Notes under the pieces: model-generated
Told to the model about the DNA's origin: nothing
Seen by the model: only the letters and a program-made list of their open reading frames with translations
The model's database searches: none
Made by a program: the position numbers and the translations under genes
Origin: an uncultured Nitrososphaerales archaeon
GTDB taxonomy: Archaea; Thermoproteota; Nitrososphaeria; Nitrososphaerales; Nitrososphaeraceae
DNA length: 64,000 nucleotides
Direction of reading: 5' to 3'
NCBI GenBank assembly: GCA_963713605.1
Contig: CAVQMO010000003.1
Span: forward strand, 414,841-478,840
In this document: positions 1 to 10,946 of the stretch, piece after piece
Numbering within the stretch: position 1 is the stretch's first letter
Layout of the letters: every line of letters begins with the position of its first letter

Positions 1-37
1 ATTCAAGTCTTTCATATTCGCTAATGATTTCTTTCCA

Positions 38-452
38 TTATTTCAGGCCCAATTTCTTTTGCTTTTCAACAAATTTTTTTCTGAATCTAGGGACTTCAAT
101 TAATGATCTTTCGTGTGTGCCTTCGCCAATTCTTTCTAGGCTATCCGAGGCCACTACTTCAAATAGCACTCTCCTCCCCTCGAAAGAGACGATTTTGGCC
201 TTCACGGTGATCTCTGCACCAACTGGAGTAGCGAGCCAAGTGTTTAATGTTGACTAATGTGCCTACCGAATCCCACATGCTGTCTACTATACATTCTTCC
301 TTGACGAGTAGTCTACAGGTCTCTTCCATTTCAGATATCATGGAAGGAGTAGATAATACGTTCTCTCCATCCCATAAGAAACTTGTTGTTTGATTGGTGG
401 CGACTTTCAGACGCCGTTCTTTATCAACTCCGATCTTGGCTAGGTAACTCAA
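38..452 (-). CDS. Thioesterase family protein (FlK/hot-dog fold), one frameshift near 235
   Basis: VLSTPSMISEMEETC and SVGTLVNIKHLA motifs. The shifted frame continues TPVGAEITVKAKIVSFEGRRVLFEVVASDSLERIGEGTHER to a stop at 38-40. Confidence 0.75.
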
Positions 453-744
453 GGAAAATTATAAGAACCGACAACTATTTTATTAGCGTTATCATTTCAG
501 TAGGAACTGAAACGTTGGTAGAACTGTGTGAAATCTTATCAATTGAAAAGAACGACGGAATTATTGTTGCGGATAAATAATTTGCACCAAACGGACTTTT
601 TTACTTACTACAATTATTGTTAATGATTTAGTGGATCAACGTTCTTTTAATTATTTGATGAAAAATATGTAATAATTGGATCAATACATTGAGGATACAC
701 TGTACCGAGTGAACATAAAAATAAAAATATGAGCTCGAGGTCGT

Positions 745-876
745 TTATGAAGGACGTCGTGCGCCTGAGATTACTGCAAATGCAAGTCCTACTGCAAGAC
801 CAAATGCTAGCGGAACCCATACCCCAAAGCTTTCCATACCAAAGACGATTACTTGTTTTAGCACTGCTTCGAACAT
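745..876 (-). CDS. 43-aa small membrane protein, not in the ORF track
   Basis: MFEAVLKQVIVFGMESFGVWVPLAFGLAVGLAFAVISGARRPS*. SD-like AGGTG directly upstream; one hydrophobic helix followed by an RR tail. Confidence 0.55.
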   Translation of the reverse strand: MFEAVLKQVIVFGMESFGVWVPLAFGLAVGLAFAVISGARRPS

Positions 877-1060
877 CACCTATTGGAATACAAGACTTAG
901 TATATTAGATTTACTCAGAAAACCCTTTACAAACCGATTACGCTGCGTCATTACAGACGGTGAATTGTCACCTTATTTATCAGGATTTATCTGACCCGGT
1001 ATGGTAAGAAGGGAAGTGAAGTACGCTGTCCTTAAATTACCCTTTTATATCTGAAGATAT

Positions 1061-1339
1061 ATGAAGATGCAGAAGGAGTTTCGGAAATTCTGCCCGAAAT
1101 GTAAAACTCATACTACACAATCTATTTCTATATATAAGAAAGGTAAAGATAGGAAGATGGCCTTAGGCGCGAGGAGGCACGCTGAAGACAAGAAGGGCTA
1201 CGGAGGACAGAAGTTTCCCGAACTCAAGAGAACGGCAAAGACCTCAAAGAAAATTACCCTGAAATACACCTGTAAGAATTGTCAAAGAAAGACCATGAAA
1301 GAGGGAATGAGGATCCGCAAATTGGAGATCCAACCATAA
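1061..1339 (+). CDS. rpl44e: 50S ribosomal protein L44e
   Basis: FCPKCKTHT, GYGGQKFP, KTSKK, YTCKNC. Confidence 0.97.
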   Translation: MKMQKEFRKFCPKCKTHTTQSISIYKKGKDRKMALGARRHAEDKKGYGGQKFPELKRTAKTSKKITLKYTCKNCQRKTMKEGMRIRKLEIQP

Positions 1340-1355
1340 CAAGGTGGTATTTGGT

Positions 1356-1553
1356 ATGAAGAAAAACATGATCCTAATACCTAAACCTCGAACTTCATTT
1401 ATTCTGATTCAATGCGGCCAATGCGATGAAAAGAGAATAGTATTCAGTCATACGACTGCTGATGTTTATTGTAAAAAATGCGGCGCCATGTTAGTGAAAA
1501 GAACAGGATCGAAGGCAGAAATCTTGGGCAAAGTCATAAACAATCTGGATTAA
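1356..1553 (+). CDS. rps27e: 30S ribosomal protein S27e
   Basis: IPKPRTSF..IQCGQC..IVFSH..VYCKKCG..L..TGSKAEI; follows rpl44e as is usual in archaea. Confidence 0.95.
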   Translation: MKKNMILIPKPRTSFILIQCGQCDEKRIVFSHTTADVYCKKCGAMLVKRTGSKAEILGKVINNLD

Positions 1554-2178
1554 GTCGCCGAAGTAGTTGTTCGGCAACTCCTAGATCCCTTGTAGTATTT
1601 ATATTGATAATGAGCTGTATCTCATTTACAATTGAATAGAATTCCTCGAATGGTTTGTCAGAGATAAGCGTGCCCAAATAGAAACCACACACGCCCGTGT
1701 AGCAATATTCCTTGTTGTCTAGGGCGAATAAGGAACTACAGGTTGTGCCAACGGAGCTAACAAATGACTTTTCTGCAACTGCTGCTATACAAGTATTCTG
1801 AATAGATGGTGTGCACCTGCTAATTAATTTTCTGACGGTATGTGAATCAAGTAATGGCAAATCCGATGGAAATGTAAAAACTTTCTGTTTAGGCATTGAA
1901 TTTAGAGCCTTGGACAGGTCTTTGGAAAACCCCAGTCCGTCAGCAACCATCACTTCAATCTTGTTATCTGTTCCATAATACCTCTCTAAAAGCTGTGTAG
2001 TGTGCGGAGAACAAGGGCTCGATACGCATAGAATCCTGCTAAACTGGCCGGATAAAATCACTGCATGTAAGACGTTTTCAATTAGCGTTTTACCCCCTAT
2101 GCGCGCTAGTGGTTTTTCAATATTCTCTTGCGTAATGAACCTAGACCCTTTGCCACCACACATTATCACAGCTATCAT
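1534..2178 (-). CDS. cobY: GTP:adenosylcobinamide-phosphate guanylyltransferase (NTP transferase)
   Basis: MIAVIMCGGKGSRF, EKPL, SDLP, ININT; directly downstream of cobS. Confidence 0.85.
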   Translation of the reverse strand: MIAVIMCGGKGSRFITQENIEKPLARIGGKTLIENVLHAVILSGQFSRILCVSSPCSPHTTQLLERYYGTDNKIEVMVADGLGFSKDLSKALNSMPKQKVFTFPSDLPLLDSHTVRKLISRCTPSIQNTCIAAVAEKSFVSSVGTTCSSLFALDNKEYCYTGVCGFYLGTLISDKPFEEFYSIVNEIQLIININTTRDLGVAEQLLRRLNPDCL

Positions 2179-2942
2179 ATTGAAATAAAACCCGACATAG
2201 ACGATAGGAAGATGAGACAAGATAATCTAACAATTTCATTAGAAGCCCCCATAACATCTCCAGAAATTCCTCCAAAGCTCAAATGAGCAATATATTGAAT
2301 TAATCCTGCAACAAGAAATGCAACTGCTAAAGTGATGAGACCTTCGTATCCAGTTACAAGGAACACTATAGCCAAGGTTATCAATGTACTAATCGTGAAT
2401 TTCATTTTATTTTTCATGGCCAAGACAAAGGGAGAGCTAAGGCCATCCCAAGCAGCCTTGCCAAAATGGGCCTGTTGCACCATTATATATTTAGCAATTA
2501 TCTCCGAAGTCAATAATAATGAAAGTAGAATAGTGCCATCATGAATTAATGACAGTGTCGTAAAAATGCCTATAAAATATAAAATCAAAGCTGTTGCCCC
2601 AGCCGATCCTATTGAATGGTCATGCATTGCATTTTTCCTTGATTCCCTTCCTCTCTTCGCCATCAATCCGTCGCCGAAATCAGCTAGTGCATCAGTGTGA
2701 TGCAATCCGGTTATCAAAGTGATAAATAGGACAACGAGAAGGCTCGTTATTTTAGGTTCGAGCACAAGTGACAGACCGTACGCAACTAAACCTGCTGATA
2801 ATCCAATCAGTGCTCCAACGAGCGGAAATAGGTACATATTTGTCGCTACGTATTTTATGCTGATCGGAGTTGATGGGCCATGCCAAGCAGAAGGGATTAT
2901 CGTCAAGAACGAGACAACTGCGACAAACGGCCTAAATACCAA
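2175..2942 (-). CDS. cobS: Adenosylcobinamide-GDP ribazoletransferase (cobalamin synthase)
   Basis: FLTIIP, TGLHHTDALADFGDG, AMHD..IGSAG, GGISGDVMGASNE; multiple TM helices. Confidence 0.95.
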   Translation of the reverse strand: MVFRPFVAVVSFLTIIPSAWHGPSTPISIKYVATNMYLFPLVGALIGLSAGLVAYGLSLVLEPKITSLLVVLFITLITGLHHTDALADFGDGLMAKRGRESRKNAMHDHSIGSAGATALILYFIGIFTTLSLIHDGTILLSLLLTSEIIAKYIMVQQAHFGKAAWDGLSSPFVLAMKNKMKFTISTLITLAIVFLVTGYEGLITLAVAFLVAGLIQYIAHLSFGGISGDVMGASNEIVRLSCLIFLSSMSGFISI

Positions 2943-3937
2943 AAATCAAGTTCCACCAACCTAGATGAGACAGGACAAGAATAAGAGGAAGTGAAAAAAC
3001 CAAACAGAAAAGCATGGTGGTCATCCTCATAATTTTGATGGCCAGCATACATTTATCAACTGTCAAGAATTCGGTCCCTTCACCTAAAGCATAGCTACCC
3101 ATTTTCTCAAGTCTCACTCTTAAAGCACCTGCCATAGAACTCATAGGGTATCCGGCATTGATACTGGTTGTCTTGTGATGATCGCGGATGAGCATTGCTA
3201 GAGAATTTCTCCAATCTGCCTGAACCATGTAAGCTGAGACAACCATCAGAAGACCAGTTATACGAGCGGGTAAGAAATTGAATATAGTATCTAGCTTGGC
3301 TGACATCCAACCTATATCTTTGTAGTATAGATCCTTGTATCCAAGCATGGAGTCTAGTGTATTGACTACTCTAAAAGCTATGCAACCTACTGGACCGAGA
3401 ATTGAATAAAAGAACAAAGGAGATATGATTCCATCGACAGTGCTTTCGCTAATGCATTCGATAGTCGCAGATTGGATATATTCTTCATTCAGGCTACTAG
3501 TATCCCTCCTGACTATCATTGACAAATGGTATCTCAGCTTCATCCAATTTGCCTGCCTCTATTGAACCGATGATCTGGATAGCAGATTTCTCCATTCCTT
3601 TCAATGCTATTGATATCTTTAACAAGACTGCAAACAGAATCAGGGTAATCAGTATTCCCATGTAAAGAGCAGTTAACGAAGCCACGGCAATTGTCAGCAA
3701 TGCTATGCCAAAAATAAGGCTACATGAAAACAAGATTCCTTTTACCTTTTCAATTTTATCCTGTGAAATGGAACTTACTATTACCTCACTATGTTTCAAA
3801 TTCGGAGTTATGGATTCGATTAGGTTTCCGAGCCATGAAACTGGATGGTACCTATTCGGGGGGTCTCCAAACAACAAGTCTAGGAGCATCCCAAGACCTA
3901 AGCCACCCCCCAGAAGAACAAACAGCTCATAAATCAT
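2932..3937 (-). CDS. cbiB: Adenosylcobinamide-phosphate synthase CbiB/CobD, frameshift near 3540
   Basis: GDPPNRYHPVSWLG in the 5' ORF; ESTVDGIISPLFF, VNTLDSMLGY, NFLPAR, SINAGYPM in the 3' ORF. Confidence 0.92.
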
Positions 3938-4793
3938 TTTCTAATTCCAGTATATCCTTTGAGATTTTTTCTATGTCAAGCATTGGTTCGATTGCTCTTA
4001 CCAAGTCTTGGATGTGCTCATCCAATGTTGTGTCAAGAGCAGCATTTGTATCACAAGGGTCTATACCATCAAGGGAATCCTCTTTTGGTAGGTTTAGCTT
4101 TACCTTGGCGACTACCCCGTAGAACTCCTTGTTTGTCATTATTTTGACAGTTGACATGGCCGATTCTAAAAGTGATTTATCCCCTAGAAATTTATTTATC
4201 ATGAAGCCTCTGACAAGTTCTCTATCGAATGGTTTTAGAAGCGACATTGTCCCTACGATACTGGCAAAGCATCCACCTCTTTCGATGTCTGCAACGATGA
4301 TAACAGGAGCGCTTACTTTTCTTGCGAGAAGCATATTTGCGACATCATATTGTTGGATGTTAATCTCGGCTGGGGATCCTGCTCCCTCCATGATAACTAT
4401 GTCATTGTCGTTTCTGAGGCTATCCAAAGAATTAAGAATAACTGGAAATGCGTACTGCAACACAAATTTTTGGTAGTAATCTTTTGCATGCATAAGCCCA
4501 CGAGAATGACCCTCTACTATTACATCACTTACATAGTTACCGTGTGGTTCAAGTAGAATTGGATTCATTCTTACATCAGGATTTTTTCTAGACGCGAAAG
4601 CTTGAACTGCCTGAGCCATTGAAATCATCTCTGAAGTGCCTTCAATTGCGTAAATTTTTGATGACATATTTTGAGATTTAAATGGTGCAACCTTGTATCC
4701 TCTGTTTGCAAAAATCCTACATAACACAGTAACAATCGTAGTTTTTCCTGAACCTGAGGACGTACCTTGAATCATCAAGATTTTTGCAGTCAT
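3927..4793 (-). CDS. cobQ: Cobyric acid synthase, synthetase domain only (288 aa)
   Basis: QGTSSGSGKT, VAPFKSQNMS, MNPILL, EGAGSPAEIN, DIERGG, EDSL; no glutaminase domain. Confidence 0.92.
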   Translation of the reverse strand: MTAKILMIQGTSSGSGKTTIVTVLCRIFANRGYKVAPFKSQNMSSKIYAIEGTSEMISMAQAVQAFASRKNPDVRMNPILLEPHGNYVSDVIVEGHSRGLMHAKDYYQKFVLQYAFPVILNSLDSLRNDNDIVIMEGAGSPAEINIQQYDVANMLLARKVSAPVIIVADIERGGCFASIVGTMSLLKPFDRELVRGFMINKFLGDKSLLESAMSTVKIMTNKEFYGVVAKVKLNLPKEDSLDGIDPCDTNAALDTTLDEHIQDLVRAIEPMLDIEKISKDILELENDL

Positions 4794-5878
4794 GGATCCA
4801 TTGATTTTAAAGCATCTATAAGAATGGCGTTTTCTCTATGTTTTTTAACAGCAACGCGAATATGCTTTAGGCCCATTCCAGTAAACGTACTACAGTCACG
4901 TACCAATATTCCTTTATTGTTTAGGAGATAATCACGCACTTCAGTTGAGCTTTGATCTGAAACGTCTATCAAAAAGAAATTGACGTCAGATGGCATCGGA
5001 AAAAATTTCGTCGTCTTTTTTAGCTCGTTAATCATAAAATCTCTTTCGCGTCGTATCAGTCTTTTGGATTTTTCTATATATGATGCATCCTTTAAGACCA
5101 TCATCCCTAATTTTTGAGCTATACCATTAACGTTCCAAGGAATCTTGTTATCGAGCATGAGATTTATCAGATTCGGGTTGCATACACAATACCCTAATCT
5201 GATGCCTGCTAAACTAAACGACTTTGTCATCGATCTCAGTATCACCAGGTTTTTGTACTCTGAAACCATTTCGATCATGCTATTCTTTTTGCCACTTCCT
5301 TCTACTAATTCAATAAAACATTCATCCATGAAGATCTGAATATTTGGATCAATATTTTCAATGATTTTTCGCGCCGATACTGTTGATAATATTCCTGTTG
5401 GGTTGTTCGGATTACAAAGGAAAACTGCGTCGCACCCCTCATTTGATTCTTTCAATATTTTCTCAGTATCAGGTTCCCAATTTTTTAAAGGAACAAATTT
5501 GACCGTTGCTCCCGATCTTCTGGCCGAAAGTTCATATTCACAAAAGGTGGGGGCAGAAATTACTACCTTCCTCTGAATGAACGTACGTGCGAAAATGTGG
5601 ATTAGTTCGGTGGCACCATTACCTATTAATAACCACGATGGGTCTAGTCCTAATCCTAAGTAATCCAGAATGCTATCCTTTAATTCCCCACAGGACGGGT
5701 CAGGATAATCTGTACAGAGACTACTTAATTCTCTACACACGCCATTTAGCAAATCCTTTGAAATTCCTAGAGGGTTGATGTTGGAGCTAAAATCAAGCTG
5801 AACCAATGCAGGATTAACCGAGTATATTCCTCCATGAAAACAATCTTGATTCGACCTATTTGTCGTCATCGAATTCAC
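4790..5878 (-). CDS. cobD: L-threonine-O-3-phosphate decarboxylase (class I/II PLP enzyme)
   Basis: HGG, LDFSSNINPLG, GNGATELI, CNPNNPTG, DECF, RSMTKSFSLAGIRLGY; first gene of the cob cluster. Confidence 0.85.
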   Translation of the reverse strand: MNSMTTNRSNQDCFHGGIYSVNPALVQLDFSSNINPLGISKDLLNGVCRELSSLCTDYPDPSCGELKDSILDYLGLGLDPSWLLIGNGATELIHIFARTFIQRKVVISAPTFCEYELSARRSGATVKFVPLKNWEPDTEKILKESNEGCDAVFLCNPNNPTGILSTVSARKIIENIDPNIQIFMDECFIELVEGSGKKNSMIEMVSEYKNLVILRSMTKSFSLAGIRLGYCVCNPNLINLMLDNKIPWNVNGIAQKLGMMVLKDASYIEKSKRLIRRERDFMINELKKTTKFFPMPSDVNFFLIDVSDQSSTEVRDYLLNNKGILVRDCSTFTGMGLKHIRVAVKKHRENAILIDALKSMDP

Positions 5879-6003
5879 TACTAGCTAATTTCCTCCAGCA
5901 TAATAGTGTAGACGCTAGATATTAGGAGGCATTGGACATATTTTCTGAGGACTGAATGCTTTTCGTGGAAAGATTATTAATTGCAGTTTACTAAGCCAAC
6001 CTG

Positions 6004-7079
6004 ATGTTGAAGGTAGCACTAATCGGCGCCACTGGAGCGGTAGGCCAAGAGTTTGTACTGGCGTTAAACAAGCATCCCTGGTTTGAATTGTCTGCAGTCG
6101 TCTCATCTTCAAGATCAGCTGGAAAAAAGTACGTGGATTCTTTAAGGGATCCCACTTCGGCAATTTTGAGATGGCATAGTAGGAACGAAATTCCTGATTA
6201 CGTTCGCGATATGATTGTCACTACTGTAGATCATATCAGGCCAGAATCGTTTGACCTTGTATTCACTGCGCTGGAATCAGACGATGCTCTCAAAATAGAG
6301 CCTAATTTTGCGAAATCTGTACCTGTCATAAGTACTGGAGCAGCATTCAGATATGAAAGCGATGTACCCATAGTTATACCTGGAATAAATGAAGATCATA
6401 TTGATCTGTTGAATGTCCAGAAAAGGCAACGCAAATGGAAAGGCTTCGTATGTCCATTACCTAACTGCACCACTACAGGACTAGTGATTACACTAAAACC
6501 TATCATGGAAAGTGCAGGTCTAAAAAGCGTGATCATGACATCGATGCAAGCCATCTCGGGGGCAGGTAGATCGCCGGGAGTTGTAGCTTTAGACATTATG
6601 GATAATGTAATACCGTATATTCCCAAAGAGGAAGAAAAGGTCCAAGTAGAGACGAAGAAGATCCTTGGTAAATTCAATAAAGATTCTGTAAGCCCAGCTG
6701 ATCTTAAAGTTAGCTGTACATGACGACAGTACCTGTATTGGACGGTCACACTGAGGCTGTGTTCGTGGAAACAGAGAAACCTCTGGAACCAGACGAGGTG
6801 AGGCGACTCATGATTAACTTTTCGAACTCTGTTACCATCCGAAAACTACCTTCCGCCCCCAAAGATTACATTATCGTACATGACGATCCTACTAGACCAC
6901 AACCCCGCATCGATCGAGAGATCAATGATGGAATGACAACCGTGGTTGGGAGACTAAGAAAGGACTCGGTCTTTGACAATGGCATAAAGTATGTGTTGCT
7001 GTCACACAACGAAAAGATGGGATCAGCGAAAGGAGCTGTTTTGATGGCTGAACTGCTAAAAGATAAAGAGATTCTATAA
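6004..7079 (+). CDS. asd: Aspartate-semialdehyde dehydrogenase, frameshift near 6718
   Basis: GATGAVG, PNCTT, QAISGAG, VPVLDGH, PQPRIDR, SHN..GSAKGA. Confidence 0.95.
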
Positions 7080-7170
7080 TCTTAATTTATTCTTCTAAAA
7101 AACAGCGCTATATTTTGAAAATAATACATTTATTAACCCCTCTGGATGTAAAGATATCTAAGAGCGATAT

Positions 7171-7635
7171 ATGGGTAGAATTGACGATTTTGACCTGAAA
7201 ATTCTCAGTGAGCTCTCCAAAGACGCTAGTATTTCTGTTCCGAAACTTTCCAAATCAATTAGTGTTAATTCCTCGGTTGTATATAGCAGGATTAAGAGAC
7301 TCCTAAAGATGGGTTTCATAAAGAAATTCACCATAGTGATTAATGATGAGGCTCTTGGTTTCAACGTGAGAGCCCTCACTGGAATAAATATGGACTCAAA
7401 GATGAGAGATAATGTTCTAAATGAATTGTTCAAGATTCCAGAAGTGCGAGAGGTTGCAGAAGTGACAGGAAGATTCGACATATTAGTAACCATGAGTTCT
7501 AAATCTCTCGATGAGATGCATCAATTGATATCAGAAAAAGTGGGTAGAATAGAGGGCGTGCAGAAGACAGAAACATTCATTGAAATGCGCAAGACCGTAA
7601 GAGAACTGCTCTATTCGCATTCAATAGCCCAATAA
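7171..7635 (+). CDS. Lrp/AsnC family transcriptional regulator
   Basis: IDDFDLKIL..L.KDA HTH, RIKRL..G.IKKF, EVTGRFD. Confidence 0.93.
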   Translation: MGRIDDFDLKILSELSKDASISVPKLSKSISVNSSVVYSRIKRLLKMGFIKKFTIVINDEALGFNVRALTGINMDSKMRDNVLNELFKIPEVREVAEVTGRFDILVTMSSKSLDEMHQLISEKVGRIEGVQKTETFIEMRKTVRELLYSHSIAQ

Positions 7636-7729
7636 CGACTGAAATGGCAATCGGAAATTTAGATGGCAGGATACGATATTAATATATTTAGTTAGATCAC
7701 TACTGTCAACGTTGGAAGGACAATAACAG

Positions 7730-8626
7730 ATGGATACCTTAACTACCTCTGCATCATTTGGCAGAGTTTTCCGAGACTATTACGAGCTCACAAAGCCAAA
7801 GATATGGTATCTATTAGTCTTTACTGCCTTTGCCTCCGCTCTAACTGCGTCCTTCCTGTTCGACATCCCTATTAATGCGATGATGTGGCTTTTGTTAATT
7901 CTCGGTGTGGCAGCAGGATCAGCAGCCGCTGACACCTTGACAGGATACAACGATCGGGATATTGATGCAATTATGGACCGAACAAAAGGACGTCCAATTC
8001 CATCAGGAAGAATAACCCCGAGAAATGCCTTTATCTTTGGAATTATCCTGACGGCAGTATCGCTTATTTGTTCGTGGTTTTTGAATATTTATGCATTCGC
8101 GCTGATGGCGTTCGGTCTATTTGACAATATAATTGTGTATAGTAAGTGGCTGAAGCGAACTAGTCAGGCTAATATAGTTCTTGGGGGGTTCTCCGGAGGA
8201 GCACCTGCCATGATAGGATATGTCGCTGTCACTACACAAAATATTGAGATTGGGATCATTATGGCGGGATTGGTTTTCCTGTGGATTCCAACCCATATTT
8301 GGAGCCTTGCGCTTCATTCGAGGAAAGATTATGCGAAGGCAGGGATACCAATGCTACCGGTCGTTCAGAATGAGAAAAAATCTGTTAGGATTATTGCAAT
8401 CACCACAATATTAATGGTTCTTTTCAGCATATTTCCTTTCTTTCTCAACAAATTTGGGATTGCTTATGTATTAACAGCCACTGTTTTCGGTGCTGCCATG
8501 TTAGCATTATCGCTGTGGTTACTAGCTAGACCTAGTGAAAAGGCTGCATGGACCGTTTTCAAATTCTCTAGCCCTTACCTGACTGCAATCTTTATAGCTT
8601 TTATAGTTGATGCATTGTTGCACTAG
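7730..8626 (+). CDS. cyoE: Protoheme IX farnesyltransferase (heme o synthase)
   Basis: YYELTKPKI, DRDIDAIMDRTKGRPIPSG, YSKWLKR, WIPTHIWSLA, DYAKAGIPMLP. Confidence 0.96.
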   Translation: MDTLTTSASFGRVFRDYYELTKPKIWYLLVFTAFASALTASFLFDIPINAMMWLLLILGVAAGSAAADTLTGYNDRDIDAIMDRTKGRPIPSGRITPRNAFIFGIILTAVSLICSWFLNIYAFALMAFGLFDNIIVYSKWLKRTSQANIVLGGFSGGAPAMIGYVAVTTQNIEIGIIMAGLVFLWIPTHIWSLALHSRKDYAKAGIPMLPVVQNEKKSVRIIAITTILMVLFSIFPFFLNKFGIAYVLTATVFGAAMLALSLWLLARPSEKAAWTVFKFSSPYLTAIFIAFIVDALLH

Positions 8627-8633
8627 ACACTAC

Positions 8634-9344
8634 TCATTGCACAAGATTCTTTTCGCATTCATAGACTAACCGCGCTACTACAACGTGTGCTTCAAGTCCT
8701 ATTTTTGATATGCTGTATAAGTCAGTAAATTTCCCAGTAGTTGTTTTCGAAAAATGCCCTCTGGGGAAACCTCCCACTACGAATGCGCACGACGACAATG
8801 AATTTAAGGAGAGAGAGGTAGAGACAATCTTCTCCAAGGTCGAAGGAGCTCCAATTGAGGAGAAGCCTATCACTTGCTTTGGTCTTATTGTTTGGTCTAT
8901 CAGTTGGTTAAAGGCTACTCCCTCGTTCAATTCCAACATTACTTGGGCCCTATTTCTGTTCCTTATCCTCTTCTTCTTAAAGAGGTCTGCCATTAGTCCA
9001 TCAAATCTAGAGTAGGATTTTGGAAACCGAACCCCTTCTCCAATCATAATACTGTTACTGTCTATTGTTGAAATGTATACTTTGATCTTGTTATTAAGAT
9101 AAAGCGGAGAGGACATCACTGCCGCCAATGAGAGATGCACAATGTCAGGCCTGCCATGCTTTAGTAGGGTTGGGTCAGTTTTCATTGCATCATGATGATA
9201 ACTCCTATCAAGAAATGTTTCTCCCGGACTCCTCCCTAGTCTCGCGGCATGAGCCCTCACCGCTTGATGATTTTGCAGATTACGAGGAACCAGCTCCAAT
9301 GCAGCTTCTGCGATAACTATGGAGCATACATATTCCTGCTTCAT
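8634..9344 (-). CDS. nep1: rRNA small subunit pseudouridine methyltransferase Nep1
   Basis: EAALELVP, LDRSYHH, GRPDIVH, RFPKSYSRF.GLM, VGGFPRGHF. Confidence 0.92.
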   Translation of the reverse strand: MKQEYVCSIVIAEAALELVPRNLQNHQAVRAHAARLGRSPGETFLDRSYHHDAMKTDPTLLKHGRPDIVHLSLAAVMSSPLYLNNKIKVYISTIDSNSIMIGEGVRFPKSYSRFDGLMADLFKKKRIRNRNRAQVMLELNEGVAFNQLIDQTIRPKQVIGFSSIGAPSTLEKIVSTSLSLNSLSSCAFVVGGFPRGHFSKTTTGKFTDLYSISKIGLEAHVVVARLVYECEKNLVQ

Positions 9345-9537
9345 GCAGCCAGACAGAAAAGAGGTTCAAAGTCTCCATAAAATAAATCTATACACTCTTT
9401 CGTAACGCTTGTCCATTTTTTATTGTCGGTGACAATTTTCAATACTAACAGCCGGCTAGGTTACGTATAATAAGTTAGCATAATGATTTATCTAGATCAG
9501 CGTAGACTATACCATAATATCTTCCAAAAGGCGTAAC

Positions 9538-9825
9538 ATGGAAACAGCGAAGGAACGAATAGACATCTTAATTGATGCTGCATTGTATTATTCTAAGATA
9601 GATAACAAGTTGTCAGATGATCAAGCTCATCTGGCTAAAAAAATTGCAATGAGGGTTCGTACCAGACTTCCCTACAACATCAAACAACTTTTTTGTAAGC
9701 AATGCAAAGAATTTATCATCCCAGGAAAGAGTGCAAGAATTAGACTTGGAGGATCAAATACGAAATGTATCAGAATTAGCTGTTATCGTTGCGGCCACAT
9801 TTATCGGAAAGTTCTCTCTGCTTAA
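9538..9825 (+). CDS. rnp4: RNase P protein component 4 (Rpp21/Rpr2)
   Basis: AKERIDIL, AKKIAMR, FCKQC..FIIPG..ARIR, CYRCG. Confidence 0.9.
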   Translation: METAKERIDILIDAALYYSKIDNKLSDDQAHLAKKIAMRVRTRLPYNIKQLFCKQCKEFIIPGKSARIRLGGSNTKCIRISCYRCGHIYRKVLSA

Positions 9826-10029
9826 TTCTTGAACCAACTTATTTTGCCTTTTTGTAGGAATTGAAATGTAGCAATCGATTGAACCTTGCACTTTTAAGTA
9901 AACTAAGAACAAATACTTCGATTTGGATTTGGTCGTTCCTACTCCAGGCAAAATGAAAATTGGAATTACAATTGAATGATGTCGGTAATAATTTATAAGG
10001 AGATAGAAGAGGCTAATACATAGTGTATA

Positions 10030-10479
10030 ATGGCAAAGGTGTATGATATCCCTGCTACAGACCTTATTGTAAAATTGGCTGAACGATTAAAAAAGGATAA
10101 AAAGATAGAGCCACCAGCTTGGTCGGCATATGTGAAAACAGGCTCTCATGTGGAAAAGATTCCCCAGAACAGAGACTGGTGGTATGTCAGATGCGCTTCA
10201 CTTGTAAGAAAGGTGTATCTACACGGCCCAATAGGCACATCTGACCTAAGAAGTATGTATGGTGGAAGGAAAAGAATCGGGTACAACCTCGACCATCATC
10301 GGGATGCTGGTGGTTCGATTATTAGAAAGGCATTGCAACAGCTTGAATCAGCTGGTTATCTGACAAAGAAGAAGGAGGGAAGACTAATGAGTGATGAAGG
10401 GATGAAGAAGATCGACAGACTTGCTACAGAGATCTATAAGGAGATTCATACAATACCTAATCTGCAAAGATACGCTTAA
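10030..10479 (+). CDS. rps19e: 30S ribosomal protein S19e
   Basis: PPAWSAYVKTG, DWWYVRCAS..RKVY, YGGRK, IIRKALQQLE. Confidence 0.97.
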   Translation: MAKVYDIPATDLIVKLAERLKKDKKIEPPAWSAYVKTGSHVEKIPQNRDWWYVRCASLVRKVYLHGPIGTSDLRSMYGGRKRIGYNLDHHRDAGGSIIRKALQQLESAGYLTKKKEGRLMSDEGMKKIDRLATEIYKEIHTIPNLQRYA

Positions 10480-10497
10480 TGGAAAAGGAAAGCTAAG

Positions 10498-10788
10498 ATG
10501 TCTGTAAATCAACCTTCTCCAGATCCAAATGAAGAAGAATTAAAGAAACGTGAGGCTGAAACCGCGATGCGACAGCGCGCACTGACATTCTTATTGGATC
10601 AGACTGCGAGGCAAAGGCTTACTAACATAAGGATGGTTAAACCTGAACTAGCAACAGCCGTAGAAAATTATCTTATAAGCTCAGCCTCCTCAGGGAGGTT
10701 GAACAGGGCGCTAACCGATGAGGAACTTAAACAAATACTATTAAATATACAACAGCCAAAAAAGGAATTTAGGATCAATAGGGTTTAA
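10498..10788 (+). CDS. PDCD5-like dsDNA-binding protein
   Basis: ARQRLTNIRMVKPELA.AVENYLI; canonical neighbour of rps19e. Confidence 0.92.
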   Translation: MSVNQPSPDPNEEELKKREAETAMRQRALTFLLDQTARQRLTNIRMVKPELATAVENYLISSASSGRLNRALTDEELKQILLNIQQPKKEFRINRV

Positions 10789-10799
10789 GTTCTCCAAGG

Positions 10800-10826
10800 T
10801 CAACCAACCAACCAACCAACTAACCC
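10800..10826 (+). repeat. (CAAC)n microsatellite, about 5-6 units
   Basis: caaccaaccaaccaaccaactaacc directly after the PDCD5-like gene. Confidence 0.8.
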
Positions 10827-10946
10827 TCCAGAAGACAGTGTGTGTAGCGCTGAGCCACCGATGAATACAGATGGAATGTTTTTCACCGTGTCTAAATCGA
10901 TTCCTTTGAGTTAACTATATTAAGTCTAGCGGGGGTTTTCAACTTC

